Below, in pieces: positions 54,551 through 64,000 of a stretch of DNA of 64,000 nucleotides. How positions within the stretch are numbered: position 1 is the stretch's first letter; every line of letters begins with the position of its first letter. Source of the stretch: Octopus vulgaris (lineage: Eukaryota); assembly GCA_951406725.2 (NCBI GenBank), contig OX597815.1, positions 33,542,001 through 33,606,000 of the forward strand, written 5' to 3'. Position numbers and translations under genes: made by a program. The notes under the pieces are model-generated. The model had not been told where the DNA came from, did not search any database, and saw only the letters and a program-made list of their open reading frames with translations.

Positions 54551-56820
54551 ATGCACGGATACCAGTCACCGAATTTGATTGCGATTTCACTTGCCTCGAT
54601 AGGTCTTCGCAAGCAGTTTAGTGTCCAAATGAAAGAAAGGTATGCATAAGTGGGCTGGTTACACCCCTGGCATAGGCCACAAGGTTATGGTCTCACTTGA
54701 GCTTGCCGAATCTTCTCAAGCACAGTATATTTCTAAAGGTCCCGGTCACTAGTCATTGCCTCGGTGAGACCCAATGTTCGAAGGTCATGCTTCACCACCT
54801 CATCTCAGGTCTTCCTGGGTCTACATCTTCCACAGGTTCCCTCAACTGCTAGGGTGCGACACTTTTTCACACAGCTATCCACATCCATTCTCACCACATG
54901 GCCATACCAGCGCAGTCGTCTCTCTTGCACACCACATCTGATGCTTCTTAGGTCCAACTTTTCTCTCAAGGTACTTACACTCCGTCGAGTATGCACACTG
55001 ACATTACACATCCATCGGAGCATACTGGCTTCATTCCTTGTGAGCTTATGCATGTGCTCAGCAGTCATAGCCCATGTTTCACTGCCGTGTAGCATGGCTG
55101 TTCGTACACATGCATCATACAGTCTACCTTTTACTCTGAGCAAGAGGCCCTTTGTTACCAGCTGAGGAAAGAGCTCTCTGAACTTTGCCCAGGCTATTCT
55201 TATTCTAGCAGCTACACTTTCAGCAAAACCCTTCCCCGCTACTGACTTGGTCACCTAGGTAACGGAAGCTATCAACTATTTCTAGTTTTTCTCCCTGGAA
55301 TGTGGCGGAAGTTGTTCTCTGCACATTTTCAGTGTTTATTGCTCCTGAGCATCTACCACATACAAAAACTGTCTTCCCATTTAGCCTTCCTTTGATATTG
55401 CTGCACCTCTTATGTGTCCATAGCTTACACTGGGTACATCTTATAGAGTTTCTACCTACACCTTTTCTACAGATTGAGCAGGGCCATCTACCTGAAGGGA
55501 TTTTGTGGTTTGCCTGCCTTCCTACTTATTAGGACTTTGGTTTTAGCTAGGTTCACTCTAAGGCCTTTTGATTCTAATCCTTGTTTCCACACTTGAAACT
55601 CCTCCAGTTCTGATTGTGACTCAGCAATTAGAGCAAGGTCGTCAGCATAGAGGAGCTCCCAGGGACATCCTGTCTTGAATTCCTCTGTTATTGACTGGAG
55701 TTCTATGATGAATAGGAGGGGGCGAGTACTGAACTTTGGTGGACCCCTACCTCTATCCAGAATTCTTCAATGTACTTGTTGCCAACCCTCACCTTACTGA
55801 CAGCGTCCCTGTACATGGCTTGCACAGCTCTCACTAACCATTCATCTATCCCTAGTCCTGTCAAAGGCTTTCTCCATGTCAATGAAAGCCAGGTACAGGG
55901 GCTTATCTTTGGCTAGGTATTTCTCCTGCAGCTTTCTTACCAGGAATATAGCATCAGTAGTGCTTTTTCCCTGACATGAAGCCAAACTGCATCTCATCCA
56001 AATTGACTCTCTCCCTAATTAGTTGGGCTATGACCCTCTCCATGACCTTCATTACCTGTTCCAACAGCTTGATACCTCTGTAATTATTTGTATCTAAAGT
56101 GTCACCTTTACCTTTGTAGCAGTTGACTATTATGCTGCTACACCAGTCATTGGGTACAACTGCTTCATGTATCACCTGGTTAACTATACGGGTGACTAGG
56201 CTATAGCCGACACTCCCAGATATTTTGAGCATCTCTGCAGTAACTCCTGATGGGCCAGGGGCTTTCCCTGTCTTTATCCTCTTAATTGCTTTATCTACCA
56301 AGGTACTGTCAGTTTGTATAGCTGGTCCCACTGTTGGGTCGACATTCGGCAGACTCTTTCTCTCCCATTCATTTTCTTTATTCAGCAATCTTTCATAGTT
56401 GCGTCTCCAAACCTTTCTCTTTGCAGCCTCATTTAGTGCAAGAGAACCATCATCCATGCGGACACATTTCTTTCCTGCAACATCACGATTCTCTCTCACA
56501 CACTGTCTTGCAACACGAAATACCTCATGTCTTTGGTCCTCACGGCACAGAACATAAGCAAATTTTTTATCTGCTTCCCCTCTGGCTAAATAAACCTGTC
56601 TCCTAGCTTCCTTTTTGGCAGTCTGATACAGTTCCCTGTCTTTATCCTCTTAATTGCTTTCTCTTCCAGTCCTTCCAAGCCTGTTCTTTTTCTCTAATAG
56701 CCCTGTCCACAACATTGTTCCACCACCACGTTATTTTGGGTCGAGAGGGGACTTAGCACCATCCACAGATCTGGTCAGTGGCTCTCAGCAGGTTGTCCTA
56801 TAGAAACCTCCAGTTGTCTT
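54551..56820 (-). mobile_element. RTE-clade LINE, RT pseudogene (same family as 42795-44686, opposite strand)
   Basis: ORFs 55954-56499 (KAPGPSG..YKGKGD..NYRGIKLL..QFGF) and 54805-55254; AFIDMEKAFD and LLYADDL on the minus strand. The 3' tail is missing. Confidence 0.95.
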
Positions 56821-56829
56821 TAAAAAAAA

Positions 56830-57423
56830 CCCCACATCCATACGATGCAGGTCTCTCAGGCATTTAGGAAGGATATTGAAGAGCTATGGTCCCCTGACAC
56901 CCAACCTGTTGTAGTATCTGATCCTGTATTTTGATGGTGATGTTGGGATCTTTTGCACCATGCAGTGGTACCCCATTCTGCTGTTGGGGTAACTTTCAAT
57001 GCCAAAATTCGGGACAAGGCCCTCCAGGATTTTCCAGATGTATATCACTGCATATCTCTCCTGCCTTTGCTTCCGGGAGAAGAGTTTTAATACTTCCAGT
57101 CTTTAATAGTAGCTGATATGTTGCATTGATACGGTCTTCTTAGTGTAGCTTTGTTAGATTGCTTAGAGTTCTGCTGTTAACTTTATGTTGTGTGGTGACC
57201 ATAGTTGGGAGCAGTAGTCCAAGCGACTGAGGACGAATGTCTTCCAAAGGACCATCAGTGTCTCCTTCTCTCTTGTTCCAAAAGTTCGGAGGATCCATCT
57301 AGCTAGCCGTCTGCATTTTATTACCAAATTGGCAATATGCACTTTGAAAGATGCGTCATTGCTTATGTCAATGCCCATGTCATGCACTGATTTTGTCTCA
57401 GGAATTGCAATTCTTCCCGGGCC
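56830..57423 (-). mobile_element. CR1/L2-group LINE fragment (post-RT region)
   Basis: SVHDMGIDISNDASFKVHI..WILRTF..LWKTFVLSRLDYCSQLWSPH..RRQERY..IYIWKILEGLV. Confidence 0.88.
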
Positions 57424-57424
57424 A

Positions 57425-57427
57425 ATA

Positions 57428-57481
<54 letters not shown>

Positions 57482-57575
57482 TATATTCACAGATATATAT
57501 ATATGTATGTATATAAACATATATAGATAGATATGTATCTATATACATATATATATATATATATACACACACAGA
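57425..57575. repeat. (TA)n/(CA)n compound microsatellite
   Basis: Directly visible. Confidence 0.95.
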
Positions 57576-59047
57576 CGCACACTCATGTATATATTTATTT
57601 AGAAACAGCACAAAATTTTGCTTCATGTATTCTTGATTCCTATTTCATTCCTTCATACATTTCCATATAGTTCTCACCAATCAGTAGCTCTTTAGATAAT
57701 TTTACTGTCATTTAGCGTAATATTTGGAGATAGTTTCAGATTCTAGCATAAAAAGGTAAAACTAAAAAAAGGTGCTTAAAAAAGTTTTAAGAGTGTTTAG
57801 CCACCCCCCCAAAATTTATGTGATAATATATTTTATTTGGTAAAGCAGCTGTCTTAATTATAATCCTAAATTGAACCTCAGTCATTTCAGAAGGCATAAA
57901 AGAATATGATCCCAGCTTTCTCTTCTAGGAATAAATAGTTCAAGTAAAGATGAAAATTGAAAGATTTTTTTCCCACTAACATCTTAGACCAATATTTATT
58001 TGATCTGTATGTGCATTTTCCCTCTTTCTATAACCTTTGTAAAATGTAGTGCAGCAGTTCTGTAATGCTACTAATAAACACTATATTTATATGTGTTTTA
58101 TCTTAAGAGAAAATGTTTATCACAATTAAAATCCTTATGCTCGTCATCCAGTGAGTATGAAACAGAAATTTTTGTTTTTTAAACCTGTCTGGTATGATAT
58201 ATGTTAACTTAAAATTTTAAGTACATCCTACAGAAATAATGTTTTTGAGTTTAGCTGTATGTTGACATAGAAAACTTTTCTCATAATCAATTTACACCAT
58301 ATTGCAGCTGTCTACATTTTCCTTTATAAAATAAAATAAAAATAGTAAAAAACAGGTATAGAAGTAACATCTTTTATCAGGCAAATTACAGCTGACTTCC
58401 ATGCAATTCCTGTTGGAAACCCCAAATTATTTCATCTGTTTGCTGAAATCTGATTGACACAAAATGGTTTAAATCAATTTATCAAACTTGATCCCACAAA
58501 ACTTCCCTGCCTATATTTCTGTGATGAATTCTTGACTTCTTACTCATCGATGAAAGTGCCACTTCATAACTATGTAATTTCCCTGAGGCTGTTTAAAATG
58601 CTTACATTTTTCCTCTCTTTAATACAACTTAGATCTAAAATAGATATTTTATCTAAATAATTTGTAAGTATATAATCAACATTTATCATCATCAAAGGAA
58701 GCATTTTAAATATACAACCCTCTATCCTAATATTTTCAATTAATAAATTTTATTTTGAAACCATTTTATTTACCATGTAGTTTCACTTTGATAGATCAGA
58801 TCAATGAAGGAACCTCTTTGTGGTCACTAGCCTTGCTAGAAATAGTTCCCAAATCTATTTCATATTATGCATTACTATCTTTAAAAATGTAAGGCATGCT
58901 AGGTAACACAGTCCTTGACATATAAAAGACAGAGAGGTCATTACTAGAATGTTTTTGATAATAGGTCTGCACATTTAGGGTTAACCTGGGGCTAATCAAC
59001 ACTAACAGAAGATAATGCACAGAAAAATTAAACTTCCTTTCATTATA

Positions 59048-59431
59048 GGGGGAAGCACTCCGTCGGTTACGACAATGAGGGTTCCGGTTGATCCGATCAA
59101 CGGAACAGCCTGCTCGTGAAATTAACGTGTAAGTGGCTGAGCACTCCACAGACACGTGTACCCTTAACGTAGTTCTCGGGGATATTCAGCGTAACACAGA
59201 GAGTGACAAGGCTGGCCCTTTGAAATACAGGTACAAAAGAAACAGGAAGTAAGAGTGAGAGAAAGTTGTGGTGAAAGAGTACAGCAGGGATCACCACCAT
59301 CCCCTGCCGGAGCCTCATGGAGCTTTAGGTGTTTTCGCTCAATAAACTCTCACAATGCCTGGTCTGGGAATCAAAACCGTGATCCTATGACCGCAAGTCC
59401 GCTGCCCTAACCACTGGGCTATTGCGCCTCC
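59048..59431 (-). mobile_element. Young tRNA-derived SINE, head A with tail 2, 12 bp TSD
   Basis: CCTTTCATTATA at 59036-59047 and 59432-59443. The head (~59245-59431) is the reverse complement of 46643-46825; the tail is unrelated to that copy's tail. Confidence 0.93.
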
Positions 59432-61050
59432 CCTTTCATTATAACTGATTGTATAATAAGCATATCTAATTATGAAATTAGCACAATAATTTGCTGTATT
59501 ATTTAAATGTTTGAAGATTCAGAAGTCGTGACATCTTAATAAATGCTGTTTCTTTATAGTACTTTGTAACTCATGTTGCAGTTATATCCAGCTTTTCATT
59601 GATGATGTATTTTAACACCTGGTTCTTGGATTTTTCTTTCACATATGACTGCAAGCATTGAACTGCATTTTTTAAAAAACTGCTTTCCAAAGATTTCATT
59701 GCCTTTTGACAAAATCAGCACAAGTAGTTGGGCTCTACTTTTTTTCAATTCTTATTGATGTAGAAACAGCAGTCATTTATAGTTCATATTACACATATGA
59801 TCCCTTTTATCTCTCTTTTTAATTAGGAAAGTTTTCTGATCTTTACAATCTGATAAAATATTTTTACATGTTCTAAATCAATAGACTTCTATGCTATTCA
59901 AATGAAAGGGGTATGTTGCCAATAGCTAGGACATTTTTCTCTTTTGTTCTATATATATTTTTTACCTTGTTTCTGGATGCTGACATAGATTGCTAGATAC
60001 TATTTCCCTAGCATCAACTTCCAATATATTCAAATGAATGTAATTCTGCAAGTTAGGTCTTCCCTGTCTATTTACACTTGTCAGTCTTATTGCTCTTTGT
60101 GTAAGTAAAATCTAAAGCAATATGAAATGATAGCTTTTTAACTTGGTTTTTGTTAGTCTTCCATCCAAATTCACAGCATTCTCTTTTCTCTATGGTTTCC
60201 ATAAAGTGGTAGTCTGTTCAATAATTTTGTATTAATCTTATTTGGATGTGGAGCATGGTAACACACATTCATTGTCAGTACAACTGATGTTAATTTGATT
60301 GCTCTTGACAACATACAATTAACCTGTGTGTAATAGCATGTTTTTCTTCTTTCTTATATGCTAGTCTTCAAGATTTTGTCTTCTAGCAGACATCTCAGAT
60401 GTTATGTTTTAGAATATTCCATTAAAAATTTATCTAGATATACTATTTGCCTTGTTTAAGAATTACATTTTTTTTTAACATAAAATTTCTGCAAGCAAAT
60501 TAATCTCTTATGAACTGTTTAATGTTACTTTGCATTATCAGTGGTAAGTTGCAGATCTTAAGCATTTCTGCTGTGGAATTTGACTACAGTATTTTATTGT
60601 AACATGAGAAGTAACAGTTATCAATAGTAAATGGAATTTGAGGGAAAAAATAATGATATCTAATGGGACATTTTTCTAGAACATGTTTGGGTTACAACTA
60701 GGAAAATTTTAATGGAATATTGTATAGTATGAATAGTAACCTTCAGATGGAAAACACACAACATTTTTGATGAATAACCAAGATTTTAACTTTGTGTAAT
60801 TATAGTTAAGAAATATGTGCAAGTGTCTGTATGTGATGAATTTTTTTTTTTTTTGAAAATCACAAATTTTTATGCAAAATTACTTTTTATATGTGAATTT
60901 TAAAAGTAATTAGACTTACTGAAATTTGTCCTTACCTTTTTAGTTGATATTTAAAACCACGAGAACTAAATTATGTGCTAATTTCAAGAACCTGAGATCT
61001 CTAACTAACTGAGCAGATAGTGTCAACTTATAAGCTGAATCATGTGTCTA

Positions 61051-62324
61051 CGAGGGGGTGCCTAAAAGAAACCGGAATTTTGCAATAATGTTTTATTCAC
61101 TTAGTTTTACATGCTTACACTTTTACTGCCTTCAAAGTATTCTCTATTTGAAGCAATGCATTGGTCCAGATGTGTTTTCCACTATTTGAAGCAGTCGTGG
61201 AGCTCTTGCGAAGTGACACCTTTTAATGTCTCCGTCTTCACCTCTTCCACATCTGCAAAACGTTTTCCGTTAAGGACTCTTTTCATTCAGAGTAACAAAA
61301 AAATGTCACAGGGAGCAAGATCAGGTGAACAGGGAGAGTGGGTAAGTGGGGTCATGCCATTTTCGGTCAAAAACTGTCTTACACTCAAGGCGGTGTGCAT
61401 AGGTGCATTGTCATGATGAAGCCACCACTCTCCACTTTGCCACAGGATGGGGCACTTTCATATCACTGCATCTTGCAAATGCCTTAGAAGTGCCAAGTAA
61501 AATGTCTGGTTAACAATTTGACCTGGAGAAACAAATTCTGTGTGGACAATTCATTTTGCATTGATGAAACAAATCCGCATCATCTTGACATTGGACTTCA
61601 CTTGACGTGCTTTTTTGGGATGTGATAATATCGAATGCTTCCATTGACTTAATTGCTCTTTTGTTTCCGGGTCATAACCATAGCACCAGCTTTCATCACC
61701 AGTGATCATCATCTATCATTCTGAATCTGGGTTTTGTCCTTGTTAACGGAGGTGGCTAGATCTACCTCAATACCATAGCAACAGCACCCACACCATCTCA
61801 CCCGGTTTTGGGCATCCTCCCTTCTCTGATAACTTTTGAAAAAGGTCTGAATCAACCTCCTACTGTTCTTTCACTTCACAGCACACATTCAGTTGTGACT
61901 GCTTTTAATCTTCGATGAGCAAGTGAGGCACAAATTTTTCTGCAAATCTTTTCATTTGCAATTCCTCACTCAAAAAAGTGACAAGTGACCGTTCCTGAAG
62001 CATGAAAACCACTCATAAACTTGTGTTTTGCTCATGGCAGTGTCCTTATAAGTTGTTTCAAGCATGACAACAGTCTCGGCTGCCATTTTCCCCAACAAAA
62101 ATCAGAATTTCATGGAGGCATGCTGTTCCTTTGTTTCAGCCATTGCAAAAATCAGTGAACAGAGGAGAAGCACTGCAGAACAAAGATGCATCATGTGACA
62201 GTACAACCTCAGAAGCAAACTGATGCTTGAGGGTCGCATCAAGTGGCTTCTAGCAGCAGAGGCCTGAACTACAATTGGCTTGTCCCACAGAGAATGTTTC
62301 CAGTTACTTTTGGGTACCCCCTCG
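61051..62324 (-). mobile_element. Mariner transposon with both TIRs and a transposase pseudogene
   Basis: TA-CGAGGGGGTGCCTAAAAGAAACCGGAA ... TTCCAGTTACTTTTGGGTACCCCCTCG-TA. From ATG 62143: MAETKEQHASMKF*FLLGK..VYEWF, KFVPHLL, ITGDESWCYGYDPETK, QCIASNREYFEG; stops and deletions. Confidence 0.93.
61707..61826 (-). mobile_element. 120 bp (GAT)n-tailed retro-insertion inside the mariner
   Basis: Splits KVI|TGDESW; TGAT present on both sides (61703-61706 and 61827-61830); ends GATAGATGATGAT on the minus strand. Confidence 0.65.
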
Positions 62325-64000
62325 TATATTGTTATACTGTCTCAGTGACTAAGGCACTTAACTGTCAGATAGCTCAGTCTATATAGTTGTTAAAAGGTAC
62401 CATTTAATGGTACTGCTTACCTCATTAAGCAACAGCTGCACTATATAATTGACAAGTAATCTAGTAGTATGTCATACTAGTTCAATTTGCATATAAATAT
62501 AGTTAGAAAACAAGCTCAGTCAGGCTGTTGCTTCTCTGATTTAATGGGTGTAGGATTCATTTGCTTCTTCCTATTACTGAGTCATAAATTCATACACAAG
62601 AGATAATATGACTTATATTTGTTTCAAATATAACTGTAGTGTGTGTGTGTTCTGATTTAAAAGGTTTCTTGAAATAAGATATAGGAAATTAATCTTTGGC
62701 TAAGGAAAATCTTATATTTTCGTTGTTATTCTTTTACTGAACTATTAGTAATAATGTATGAATTACTTAGAACTGAGAATATTACAATTTAACATTCAGA
62801 ATATTTTCATGAAAACAACTTGCTAATGATTGTAAGTGACATTAAATGTAGATTAATCATGTCAAGAAAAAAGGTTGTATTGCTGTATAACCCTAGCTAA
62901 CCCTTTATATTCAGCAGAGTTATAGTTAAATACATTCCAGCTGTGATGATGCTGTAGTTTTCTCTTAGGCATATTGTAGCTGCTTTAATAAAATATGCGC
63001 TTCCTATTTTTAAGATGGTAGAGTGTGAATGGAGGTAGATTCTGCTATTTTTAACAGGTTAAGCAACTGGGTTAAGGTTTCCTTAATGGCTCATTGAGAA
63101 AAGGTATGGATGCTTCTCATATTCAGTAAGTTATCCCTAGCAGAACTATCTATATACCTATCTATATAGCAACAATCTATATAAAAGGCATTTTTAAGAT
63201 GGCAAATAAAAGCATAAAATGACTGATAAAAAATGTTAATGGAATACACTGAGATGGTATTAGAAGTCTGAGATGACAACAAAGGATCTAATAAAACAAA
63301 AGTAGGATGAGATGGTAATAAAAGAATCAATAAAAATAGTAAAGGAAGAAAACTCCAACATTAAGCATGGTACCTATTAACTCTAAATTTATAAAGATCT
63401 GCTGGAAAACAGTGAGGAGAGATTTCATTCTACAATAATGGTCATTTGGTGAGGAGGAGGAAACCTTCACCTCATGGAACCTGGAGTATGTCCACGAGAT
63501 ATCCAAGAAGCATAAACACAGTTTCCTAAATTTTGCAAATTGAGTTCTGGTGGAAAATTCCAGGACTGGTAGGAACACCTTCCATGAAAGTAATAGTAGA
63601 AAGGGACCAAACTTGCAACATTCCATTAATAATAAAGCAATTGGAGCACTGGCCATTACAGTAAGAAATTATTTCATCTTTAAATAGCAGATCTTTTGAA
63701 ATATTCAGTTCTAAATGTTTCTCGGAAATATAGAAATATCTGAATTACACTACCCAAAAAAAGAGTGTCTTCTGCATTTTTCTCTACTTGTTTTATCTTG
63801 TATATTTTGTTGCATATCTACTTTTATAAGCTCATGTGTTTGAAATTTGCAATCTGCAGTAGAATAGTATGTTAGTGACAAAGCTGTAGATCAGGGATGG
63901 GGAGACCCCTACCTGTGGGTGTAATTGCTCCTGCAAGCCCATTTTTTTGTGCCTGCATGCTGATATACTTGTATCTACAAAATATAGTAAATTTTTCAAT

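Noticed and set aside
63160-63680. Possible ancient LINE RT fragment (KICWKTVRRDF)
   Set aside because: Too decayed to call without a profile search.

Overview
AT-rich, CpG-depleted, repeat-dense eukaryotic DNA. The repeat families and microsatellite load suggest a coleoid cephalopod, most likely Octopus; this is an inference. The window is almost entirely intron of one + strand gene, a DIP2 (disco-interacting protein 2) homologue. Two phase-1/phase-1 coding exons are visible: 9635-9706 (GDITQKGYEKKR, DMAP1-binding domain) and 52189-52284 (RRLTREDNRYHS), about 42.5 kb apart. The rest is decayed mobile DNA: RTE and CR1-like LINEs, several tRNA-derived SINE families with interchangeable heads and tails, mariner/Tc1 and hAT remnants, TTAA-flanked MITEs, a U6 snRNA pseudogene and microsatellites. 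The most unusual structure is at 16014-16738. It is a TSD-bounded element with a tRNA-like Pol III head and a Penelope-type minimal hammerhead ribozyme, copied into an inverted arm, with RTE fragments inserted at near-mirror positions in both arms. Two further hammerhead-like motifs occur at about 42.3 kb and 53.9 kb. A long inverted RTE pair brackets the second DIP2 exon. None of the ORFs in the supplied track is a stand-alone gene. All alignments and identities were judged by eye.
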